A stretch of 63,768 nucleotides of DNA, filler included, from Octopus bimaculoides (taxonomy: Eukaryota), in the NCBI RefSeq assembly GCF_001194135.2. It is 6 parts of 6 records of this genome, joined end to end, with 100 filler letters (N's around TTAATTAATTAA, not from the genome) between each part and the next. Parts side by side here need not be neighbours in the genome. Positions count along the whole stretch, not along the records: positions 14,567 to 24,756 come from NC_068993.1; positions 24,857 to 37,682 come from NC_068999.1; 4 more parts are not named here. One strand, written 5' to 3'. Numbering within the stretch: position 1 is the stretch's first letter; every line of letters begins with the position of its first letter. Positions 23,021-34,145 of this stretch are shown in pieces. The notes under the pieces were generated by a model, which was given only the letters and a program-made list of their open reading frames with translations, ran no database searches and was not told the DNA's origin. The position numbers and the translations under genes were made by a program.

Positions 23021-23308
23021 GGAGAGAACATTAACGTAAACGCTTAAACTTTTCTTACATAGTAGATCGGTGATCTCTGATGAAGTAGAGGTAATAATGT
23101 GGGTAGCTTCAAATAAAAATGAAGACCATCCCACGGCGCTAATCTGCATACATACTATTCATTTCCGCATATTTTTTAAAATTCGGTTTGTGTGTAGGAA
23201 GCGACGCCGCCCAACGCTTTTACAGGTGCAATGAGACCGGAAATATGGACGGAGTTTATACATACATACATACATACATACATACATGCATACATACATA
23301 CATACATA

Positions 23309-24560
23309 CAGGGTGCAGCAGATAAATTGTCGTCTAAATGACGCAAACATGAAAATAACACTGTCCAAAATTACATTAAAATATCTTGAAACACTAAGGA
23401 GAAAACTCATTCGATAAAATCACCATTGGCTTCAACTACGGCATCCAGACGACTTCCGAATCTGCTGCAACTCTTCTGGACTGTCTCCTTGTTTATGTTG
23501 GTGAATCCTGCCATAATCCTTGCCTTCAGTTTATCTTTGGTGTTACAAGGAGTTTTGTTGGTCTGTCGTTCAACAGCACCCCATACATAATAATTAAGGG
23601 TTTAGCAGTCTGGGGAGTTAGGTGACCAGATGTTAGGGGTGATGCGGTCGCAGAAATTGTCTGACAGCCATGACTGGGTTCCCCTGCTTGTGTGGTATGG
23701 TACAGAGTCCGGTTTGATAACAGGATTTTCCAGCTGTCACCCTCTTGACCCAGGGCAGCATTATCTCTTCCTGGCACTTGATGTAGTCTGACGCCATGTG
23801 AAAGATGAATGGAGACATAACGTCGCCATCACTAATGATCTCTTCAAACACCATGATGTTGACTGGATGTTTGAATTTTATCACTCTCGGTACATGTTCT
23901 GGGACAAGCCAACGGTTGTTCTGTGTGTCCACCATCTGATTCTAGCAGAAATTTTTCTCGTCTGGGAAAAACCAAAGCATGTTCGGTGGAAGGGGATGCT
24001 TGAGTTTGTTTAAAAGCTTCGTAGCGTGGTCTTTCCTCTTGTCCTTGATAGCTTGCAGTAAAAATTGTTCCTTTCTCATCTTGTATGAGGAATACCGAAT
24101 GTCTTCTTGCACTACCTGGCTGATAAGAAACTCAGACACTCTCATGTCCCTGGCGATGGACCTGATTGGCTTGGGGAGATCGTTGTCAAACATGGACCGG
24201 ATTTCACCAACAAATTCAGGAGTTCTTTTCTTATCAGAACGATCGGAGTGAGTTTTCCTAGCTGCCATACCTTCGTAATCACCATTAGACTCATTCAACT
24301 TTTTCCGAATCCTCTGCACTGTCAGCAGATCGATACCCAAACACTCTGAGATATTCGTGTTGGGGCTTCCGGCGCGAATGCCAAGCAGTACAGCATGTCG
24401 TTTCCAAATTTCTGACAGAGTGAATTGCGTCATTGCACTGCTTTTTTCACAGTCGGTTCTCAATTGACCTTACCATACTATGTAGTTGACAAAATCAAAA
24501 ACAAACATCGCGCATGCGCGAAATTAATATAAATGGCGACAAGTTACCCATCGCACTATG
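23309..24560 (-). mobile_element. Full-length degenerate maT (DD37D) Tc1/mariner element inserted in (TACA)n
   Basis: WFFPDEKNFC, KHPVNIMVF, DS.P.HTS...WSPNSPDC motifs with 37-residue spacing. Imperfect TIRs (16/24), TA on both sides. Confidence 0.85.
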
Positions 24561-24589
24561 TACATACACACACACGTATGTACACATAC

Positions 24590-24628
24590 AGTCTCTCTAT
24601 CTCTCTCTCTCTATCTCTCTCTCTCTCC

Positions 24629-24660
<32 letters not shown>

Positions 24661-24700
24661 TTCTCTATCTCTCTCTCTTTCTTTCTCTCTCTCTTTCTCA

Positions 24701-24756
<56 letters not shown>
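24590..24756. repeat. (CT)n tract
   Basis: Read directly from the sequence. Confidence 0.9.
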
Positions 24757-24856
24757 NNNNNNNNNNNNNNNNNNNNNNNNNNNNNNNNNNNNNNNNNNNN
24801 TTAATTAATTAANNNNNNNNNNNNNNNNNNNNNNNNNNNNNNNNNNNNNNNNNNNN

Positions 24857-27600
24857 TACACAGTGTAATCTATGGACACATAAGAGGTGCAGCAATATCA
24901 AAGGAAGGTTAACTAGCAAGATAGTTTTTGTATGTGGCAGATGCTCAGGAGCAATAAACACTGAAAATGTGCAGAAAACAACCTTTGCCACACTCCAGGG
25001 AGAAAAATTAGAAGTAGTTGATAGCTTCCGCTATCTGGGTGACCAAGTTAGTAGCGGGGGAGGGTGCACTGAAAGTGTAGCTGCTAGAATAAGAATAGCC
25101 TGGGCAAAGTTCAGAGAGCTCTTACCTCTGCTGGTGACAAAGGGCCTCTCACTCAGAGTAAAAGGTGGACTGTATGATGCATGTGTATGAACAGCCATGC
25201 TACGTGGCAGTGAAACATGGGCCATAACTGCTGAGGACATGCGTAAGCTCACAAGAAACGAAGCCAGTATGCTCCGATAGATGTGTAATGTTAGTGTGCA
25301 TGCTCGACAGAGTGTCAGTACCTTGAGAGAAAAGTTGGACCTAAGAAGCATTGGTNNNNNNNNNNAGTATTTCGTGTTGCAAGACAGTGTGTGAGAGAGA
25401 ATCGTGATGTCGTAGAGAGAAATGTGTCTGCTTTGATGATGGCTCTCTTGCACTAAACAAGGCTGCAAAGAGACAGGTTTGGAGACGCTACTATGAAAGG
25501 CTGCTTGATAAAGAGAATGAATAGGAGGAAGAGAGTCTGCCGCATGTCGACCCAACAGAGGGACCAGCTATCCTAATTGACAGAACCTTGGTAGATAAAG
25601 TGATCAAAAGTATGAAGACAGGGAAAGCCCCCGGCCCATCAGGAATCACTGCAGAGATGCTCAAAATATCTGGCAGTGTCGGCTATAGCCTAGTCACCCG
25701 TATAGTTAACCAGGTGATACATGAAGGAGTCATACCCAATGACTGGTGTAGCAGCAGTCAACTGCTACAAAGGTAAAGGTGACGCTTTAGACACAAACAA
25801 TTACAGAGTTGTTGGACCAGGTAATGAAGGTCACTGAGAGGGGCATAGCCCAACAAATTAGGGAGAGAGTCAGTTTAGATGAGATGCAGTTTGGGTTCGT
25901 TCCAGGAAAAAGCACCACTGATGCTATATTTCTGGTAAGACAGCTGCAGGAGAAATACCTAGCCAAAGATAAACCTCTGTACCTGGCTTTCGTTGACATG
26001 GAGAAAGCCTTTGACAGGGTTCCCCGCTCCCTTATCTGGTGATCAATGAGGAAACTAGGGATAGATGAGAGGTTAGTGAGAGCTTTACAAGCCATGTACA
26101 GGGACGCTGTCAGTAAGGTGAGGATTGGCAACGAGTACAGTGAAGAATTCCGGGTAGAGGTTGGGGTCCACCAAGGTTCTGTCCTCAGCCCCTTCCAATT
26201 TATCATAGTCCTCCAGGCAATAACACAGGAATTCAAGACGGTATGCCCCTGGGAGCTCCTCTATGCTGATGACCTTGCCCTAATTGCTGAGTCACTATCT
26301 GAACTAGAGGAGAAGTTTCAGGTGTGGAAGCAAGGACTGGAATTGAAGGGCCTTAGAGTCAACCTAGCTAAAACCAAAGTCCTAATATCTAGGAAGGTAG
26401 ACAAAACACAAACTCCTTCAGGTAGATGGCCCTGCTCGATCTGTAGAAAAGGCATAGGTAGAAACTCCATAAGATGTACACAGTGTAATCTATGGACACA
26501 TAAGAGGTGCAGCAATATCAAAGGAAGGTTAACTAGCAAGATAGTTTTTGTATGTGGNNNNNNNNNNNNNNNNNNNNNNNNNNNNNNNNNNNNNNNNNNN
26601 NNNNNNNNNNNNNNNNNNNNNNNNNNNNNNNNNNNNNNNNNNNNNNNNNNNNNNNNNNNNNNNNNNNNNNNNNNNNNNNNNNNNNNNNNNNNNNNNNNNN
26701 NNNNNNNNNNNNNNNNNNNNNNNNNNNNNNNNNNNNNNNNNNNNNNNNNNNNNNNNNNNNNNNNNNNNNNNNNNNNNNNNNNNNNNNNNNNNNNNNNNNN
26801 NNNNNNNNNNNNNNNNNNNNNNNNNNNNNNNNNNNNNNNNNNNNNNNNNNNNNNNNNNNNNNNNNNNNNNNNNNNNNNNNNNNNNNNNNNNNNNNNNNNN
26901 NNNNNNNNNNNNNNNNNNNNNNNNNNNNNNNNNNNNNNNNNNNNNNNNNNNNNNNNNNNNNNNNNNNNNNNNNNNNNNNNNNNNNNNNNNNNNNNNNNNN
27001 NNNNNNNNNNNNNNNNNNNNNNNNNNNNNNNNNNNNNNNNNNNNNNNNNNNNNNNNNNNNNNNNNNNNNNNNNNNNNNNNNNNNNNNNNNNNNNNNNNNN
27101 NNNNNNNNNNNNNNNNNNNNNNNNNNNNNNNNNNNNNNNNNNNNNNNNNNNNNNNNNNNNNNNNNNNNAGACTCAGGAAGACCTGGGATGAGGTGGTGAA
27201 GTACGACCTTCGAACTTTAGGCCTCACCGAGGTAATAACCAGTGACCGGGACCTTTGAAGATATGCAGTACATGAGAAGACCCAGCAAATAAAGTGAGAG
27301 CATAATCTGTTACCTCTGCCAGAAGTGTAGCCAGCTCACTTATTCGTATCTGTACTTCATTGGACACTAAAAACTCTGCTTGCGAAGACCTGTTGAGTCA
27401 AGTGAATTTGGAATTTGAAATTTGAAATCTGAAATCGAAATTGAACCAAATCCGACAACTAGCACCCATGCCAACCTCTCCTTCATTGGATACTAAACTC
27501 TGCTTGCGAAGACCTGTTGGGGCAAGTGAAATCAAAATCATAATTGAACCATACTCGATGACTGGCACCTGCGCCAGTGGAGCACTAACAGCACTGTCCT
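24857..27600 (+). mobile_element. RTE-class LINE (RT, Cys-rich finger, 3' UTR), probably locally mis-ordered in the assembly
   Basis: KAPGPSGITAEML, MQFGFVPG, FVDMEKAFDRVP, GVHQGSVLSP, ELLYADDL and RKTWDEVV motifs. Confidence 0.9.
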
Positions 27601-28069
27601 GAGAGTCCTGCCTTACACAAATTTATTGCATATAAAATATTCTTATTTTTAAATATCTATTCAATAAACAAGATCCTCAGTCCTACTTGTGCTTTCTGCA
27701 AATATTAAACACCATTAAAGACCCATTCAATAAACAATGCTATCTGCTCTACATACAGTGATCAATATAGACGTTAAACATTGTTAAATGATAAATATAA
27801 TTCTCACTAGATTAAGGCCACATCAACAATACATATTTTCTCAAATATCTTACTTGCCAGTATATAAGATGCACTTTTTTTTTCTTTCTAAATATATCAA
27901 AAATTGCCCTGTATCTAATAGAACCATATTATGAATTGGAGACTGAATATTGTAGGCTAGGGAGTTGGAGAAGCCTAAGTCCACGAGACACAATAATTGT
28001 TACTAATAATATAATATTGAAAAGAAGTCAAAATATTAGTCTGTTAGCACAAACTTATGCATGGGCAAT

Positions 28070-30760
28070 GGTCACTGAAGGTTTTCCTTAGTCATGAGTG
28101 GACAGTCACCATCATGTATGTATGTATGTATGTATGCATGCATGTATGTTAGATATAAAGTTGTCTTCTTGTTGCCCAAGACAGTGATGTGGTTCGGATG
28201 CTGCATAGATATCTGAGTAGCTCCATTTGGGGAGGGCACTTCTCATCTGGAGGCTGGGGAGTTTCTAGAAAAGGTGAACCAAAAATTGCCTGTCTTTCTT
28301 TATTTAGTCAGTTTAGCCCGACTAACAGATGTCCATCCTGTGCTTGAAAAACAAAGAGAATACTTATAAATTTGAATATTTCATGTTGGAATGTGTGCAC
28401 TCTGTTGGATAAGAGTGATTGTAGGCCTGAAAGACGCACTGCACTTATTGCTCACACGCTGAACCATTATAACACTGATATAGCTGCACTTTTGGAGACT
28501 CGTGTAGAAAATGATGGTCAGCTTGAGGATGTAGGAAGTGGATACATCTTTTTTGGAAGGGGAAACTGAAGGAGAAGTGCAGAGAGGCTGGTGTTGGCTT
28601 TGCAGTTCAATCTGAAATTGTTAAGAAGTTGAAGGTGTTTCCTGTTCCTATAAACGATTGTCTAATGACTCTACGTTTGCACCTGAGAGTTGGGCAATTT
28701 GCTACTTTAATAAGTGCCTATGCACCTACTTTGACCAGTTGTGATGAAGATAAAGCTATTTTCTATATCCAGCTGAGGAGCCATACTTAGGAAAATCTCC
28801 AATTCTGATAAAGTCATTCTACTGGGGGATTTCAATGCCAGGGTTGGAACAGATTGGCTGACATGAAACTCTCTTGGACGTTTTGGTATAAGGGGAGATG
28901 AATAGCAATGGTCTCATGCTTCTGGAGCTTTGCAAGGAATATGGACTTTACATTGCAAGCACTCATTTTATGCACAGAGATGATCACACAACAACGTGGA
29001 TGCACCCAAGGTCTAAAGTTTGGCACTTGCCAGATTATGTCATCATTTGTAATGTTGGAGTGCAAGTTCAGAGTGCTGGACAGACCACAGCCTGGTGTCA
29101 GCAAAGTTCTGGATGATGATCAGAATGAAAGAAAGAAGAGAGTCAGTTGGCATTCCTTGGCATCTGAATGTCCATAAGGTATATGATGCTGTGGTGAGGT
29201 AAGAGCTTCAGAATCATTTATCCAACATTGAAAATACTACAGCATGGGAAGATTTTTGAGACCAGGTTTTTCAATGTGCTGCTAAAATACTGGGATATGC
29301 TACTGCCAGACATAGAGACTGGTTTGATGAAAATGATGCTGTTCAGCAACTGCTGGTCGTAAAGCGCTATGCCCACAGTGTGTTAGTACACAGAGGACTT
29401 TCAGTTGTGCAGCAAGATCTAGCACTTGCCCACTACAGCAGTGTAAAATCACTACTGCAGTGATCTCTCAGGAGGATGCAGAACACCTGGTAGGAGGATC
29501 TTGCTTGTGGTGTTCAGGCTGCTGTTATGAAGCAAGTTTATGAGCCTAAGAGCTTTGCATCAGTTCCTTTGCTTACCAAACAGTCTTCTACTCTTTTTAT
29601 TAAATCAACAGAGATCACGGGTTGTTGGATTGAACATTTTTCTGAACTCCTAAACCATGAGTCAGTTGTGGACAAAGCAGTGATTGACACTATGCAATAG
29701 AGACCTGTCATTAGCTCCTTAAATCCCATGCCTTCAATAAATGAGGTAATGATAGCAATAAATAAATTGAATCTTGGTAAGGCACCTGGTAAAGATGGTA
29801 TTTGTGCTGAGGTCCTGCGATTTGGTGCTGATCACATCACACAGTCCTTTCATAAACTTATTAGTGTAATCTGGACAAGACTGTTGTAATGTTCCAGCCT
29901 GCACCAGGAAACCCATATGTGGAACCAGCTAACTTGGTTGAAGGAACAATACTGAAAGTGGTAGACAAGTTTGTCTACCTAGGCGGCACACTCAGTTGTT
30001 CTTGCTCCTTGGATGATAAAACATCTTTCAGGCTGCAGAGAGCAACTGATTCTTTCAGGTCTCTTGAGTCTCATGTCTGGTCTCAACATGGCATCACAAG
30101 GTGAACAAAAATTGCTGTGTACTGTGCGTATGTACTGACATCATTCCTTTCCTCATGTGAAATGTGGACCCTTTACAAACGTCATGAAAAGGTCCTTGAA
30201 TGCTTCCATCAGAGATGTCTGAGACACATTCTGAATGTTGGCTGGACCTTAAAAACTCTAGATACACAAGTCCTGAGGAAAGCTGATATCTTGAGTATTG
30301 AGGCAATGATGCACAAACACCGGTTACGTTGGACTGGACACCTTGTTAGAATGAATGATAGCAGAATCCCTAAACAGATGCTATATGGGGAACTTGTTAG
30401 TGGAAAGCAACCCCAGCAGAAGCCAAGACTGGGAGAGCAATGCCTGTTGTCGCCATGGATGGAGGAAACAGGTAAAGGAGGGAGTCGATACCTTTGAAAG
30501 AGCACATATTCTTCATGAAGAATATAAGCATGCTGCTTGAAAACGCACTGCTAATGTAATGAGTAGGGAAAGCTTGGTCTGCAATGTTTGCAGTCATGTA
30601 TGTTTGTCAAGATCAGGGTTCACTAAGTCACCAACAGAGCTGCAAGTGTAAAATACAAGGTAGTCTTCAGCGCACAATGTTCCTAAAGGTCAATAATGGT
30701 TTTCCTTGGTCATCAGTGGATGGCCATCATGTATGTATGTATGTATGTATGTATGTATGC
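28070..30760 (+). mobile_element. RTE-BovB-like LINE with RT core missing and an (ATGT)n tail
   Basis: APE WNVCTLLD...PERRTALIA...DIAALLETR, LGDFNARVG; RT KAPGKDG; C-terminal FVYLGGTLS, HRLRWTGHLVRM...IPKQMLYGEL. Confidence 0.85.
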
Positions 30761-31075
30761 ATGTGTGTGTGTATGTATGTATACATTTATGCACATATTT
30801 ATGTGTAAAATAATACATATCACAGACATATATGCATGTATATATGAATATAGGTATATACATAATCATCATCATTTAACATCCATTGTATATACGTATA
30901 CATTGATGTACATCTACATTTAATCATTTATTTAGTTATTTATATGTCGGCAGGAGTGTGTGTTTATAAACATATATGATGGTTATTTTATTTCTGTTCA
31001 TATAATGCTTATATCGACACATGTATATGAGAGTATATGTATAAACACATGTATGTGTACATCTATATTTATGTA

Positions 31076-31202
31076 CAAGGTGTCCACAAAGTTTGGGTAC
31101 ATGGGGATTAACACATACTTTAAGAAATTATTATTTCTTATATTTAATTGTTTATGTTATGATTTTATTTACTCCATGTAGTCAGACTTTGTGGACACCC
31201 TG
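31076..31202. mobile_element. 127-bp Tc1/mariner-type MITE
   Basis: 29-nt TIRs CA(A/G)GGTGTCCACAAAGT(T/C)TG..TACATGG with 25/29 match; TA on the left side. Confidence 0.8.
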
Positions 31203-32166
31203 CATCATCATCATCATCATCATCGTTTAACGTCCGCTTTCCATGCTAGCATGGGTTGGACGATTTGACCGAGGACTGGCAAGCCAGAAGGCTGCACCAG
31301 GTTCCAATCTGATCTGGCAGAGTTTCTACAGCTGGATGCCCTTCCTAACGCCAACCATTCCGAGAGTGTAGTGTGTGCTTTTACGTGCCACCGGCACGAC
31401 GGCCAGTCACACGGTGCTGGCAACGGCCACGCTTAAAAAGGTGTTTTATAAGTGCCACCTGCACGGGAGCCAGTCCAGCGGTACTAGCAACGACCTTGCA
31501 CGAATGATTTTCTAACGTTCCCCTAGCACAAGTGCTAGATGGCAATGCTGGTAACGATTACGCTCTAATGGTGCTATTTACGGGCCACTAGCATGGGAGC
31601 CAGACGGCTGCTCTGGCAATGAACACACTCGACAGTGCTGTTAGTGCTCCACTGGCGCGGTAACCAGTCATTGAGTATGGTTCAATCACGATTTCACTTG
31701 CCCCAACAGGTCTTCGCAAGCAGATTTTAGTGTCCAATGAAGGAGTCATCAAATTTGGTTCGATTTCGATTTCAGATTTCAAATTTCAAATTCTACAATC
31801 ACTTGCCTCAACAGGTCTTCGCAAGCAGGGTTTTTAGTGTCCAATGAAGTACAGGTACGGATTAGTGAGCTGGCTACACTTCTGGCAGAGATTACACATT
31901 ATGCTCTCACTTGCCTGCCGGGTCTTCTCACGTACTGCATATTTCCAAAGGTCCCGATCACTGGTCATTGCCTCGGTGAGGCCCAAAGTTCGAAGGTCGT
32001 GCTTGACCACCTCATCCCAGGTCTTCCTGAGTCTACCTCTTCCACAGGTTCCCTCAACTGCTAGGGTGTGGCACTTTTTCACACAGCTATCTTCATTCAT
32101 TCTTGCCACACGTCCATACCAGCGCAATCGTCTCTCTTGCACACCACAACCGATGCTTCTTAGGTC
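31203..32166 (-). mobile_element. RTE LINE 3' end with long 3' UTR and (GAT)n tail; 5' part lies in the gap
   Basis: RSIGCGVQERRLRWYGRV...GRGRLRKTWDEVV; UTR is similar to 27300-27600 and 34146-34600. Confidence 0.9.
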
Positions 32167-32959
32167 TNNNNNNNNNNNNNNNNNNNNNNNNNNNNNNNNN
32201 NNNNNNNNNNNNNNNNNNNNNNNNNNNNNNNNNNNNNNNNNNNNNNNNNNNNNNNNNNNNNNNNNNNNNNNNNNNNNNNNNNNNNNNNNNNNNNNNNNNN
32301 NNNNNNNNNNNNNNNNNNNNNNNNNNNNNNNNNNNNNNNNNNNNNNNNNNNNNNNNNNNNNNNNNNNNNNNNNNNNNNNNNNNNNNNNNNNNNNNNNNNN
32401 NNNNNNNNNNNNNNNNNNNNNNNNNNNNNNNNNNNNNNNNNNNNNNNNNNNNNNNNNNNNNNNNNNNNNNNNNNNNNNNNNNNNNNNNNNNNNNNNNNNN
32501 NNNNNNNNNNNNNNNNNNNNNNNNNNNNNNNNNNNNNNNNNNNNNNNNNNNNNNNNNNNNNNNNNNNNNNNNNNNNNNNNNNNNNNNNNNNNNNNNNNNN
32601 NNNNNNNNNNNNNNNNNNNNNNNNNNNNNNNNNNNNNNNNNNNNNNNNNNNNNNNNNNNNNNNNNNNNNNNNNNNNNNNNNNNNNNNNNNNNNNNNNNNN
32701 NNNNNNNNNNNNNNNNNNNNNNNNNNNNNNNNNNNNNNNNNNNNNNNNNNNNNNNNNNNNNNNNNNNNNNNNNNNNNNNNNNNNNNNNNNNNNNNNNNNN
32801 NNNNNNNNNNNNNNNNNNNNNNNNNNNNNNNNNNNNNNNNNNNNNNNNNNNNNNNNNNNNNNNNNNNNNNNNNNNNNNNNNNNNNNNNNNNNNNNNNNNN
32901 NNNNNNNNNNNNNNNNNNNNNNNNNNNNNNNNNNNNNNNNNNNNNNNNNNNNNNNNNNN

Positions 32960-33137
32960 TGGCCATGCTGGAGCACCGCCTTTAGCCGAGCAAATTGACC
33001 CCAGGACTTATTCTTTGTAAGCCTAGTACTTATTCTATCAGTCTCTTTTGCCGAACCGCTAAGTTACGGGGACGAAAACACACCAGCATCGGTTATCAAC
33101 CGATGTTGGGGGGACAAACACAGACACACAAACATAT

Positions 33138-33168
<31 letters not shown>

Positions 33169-33338
33169 CATATATACGACAGGCTTCTTTCAGTTTCTGT
33201 CTACCAAATCCACTCACAAGGCTTTGGTCGGCCCGAGGCTACAGTAGAAGACACTTGCCCAAGGTGCCACGCAGTGGGACTGAACCCGAAACCATGCGGT
33301 TGGTAAGCAAGCGACTTACCACACAGCCACTCCTACGC
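32960..33338 (-). mobile_element. Full-length bipartite SINE family A (tRNA head, internal (TA)n/(TG)n, 3' half)
   Basis: A box TGGCTGTGTGG, B box GGTTCAGTCCC, CCTTGGGCAAGTG, internal microsatellite, tail ...GCTCCAGCATGGCC. Confidence 0.85.
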
Positions 33339-33904
33339 ATAAATATATATATATACCAGTACATTTGTTTATGTGTGTGCTTATATGTGCATGTATGTTA
33401 TTTTCATTTCCTTATTTTAGTTTAGCTTTATTTATTTATTCATTTATTGAACTACTTGTCAAGCAAATTATTTGAAAAAATATGGATTATTCACATGACC
33501 TTGTAGCTTTTATAATTTTTTTCTTAAATGATTCAATGAGAATTATATTTATCATTTTGGTGAGTTTATATAAATGTAATTCCCTTAATTTGAAATCAGT
33601 TTGATAAGTGTTGATGCACAAAACTCTCAGCTTTCAATCACACAGTAATTTCTGCTGATTAAATAAAAAATATATGCACTCATGTTTTGAGTTCTATTTT
33701 CCTGTTTGTATCCCAAACATAGAGACTATCTGCTCATATTCAAAGCTTGACCACTTCTTGATAGATGTGCCTTTTCCATCCATAAGCATATCAGTGACTT
33801 TTGAGTCCTGAGAGTTGTTTGAAGTTTGCATTATAAACAGTGCAAATAGGTCTCACCTCAAGTGGCAGTGTTGCTTGTCTTGTCTGATTTGTGGATATTT
33901 AAAT

Positions 33905-34140
33905 ACTTTTTTAGACTAGCATGGGACTTACATGTCTTATAACAAATATAATGTTTGCTAGAATGATCTTTGTGTCACATAGGCCATCCACATGAAGATG
34001 AGTTCTGAGATGTGAAGTTAAGTCAGTCTTATAAACACAAGTCATACCACATGTAGAGCAACTGAAGGATGTCACTATTTTGGTGTTTAACAAGGTGTTC
34101 TTTTTCTGAAGTTTTCTGTTCATTTTTGTGTACTTTTGTT
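33905..34140 (-). mobile_element. BovB-like 3' fragment with C2H2-like finger
   Basis: FSCSTCGMTCVYKTDLTSHLRTH. Confidence 0.5.
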
Positions 34141-34145
34141 TCTTC

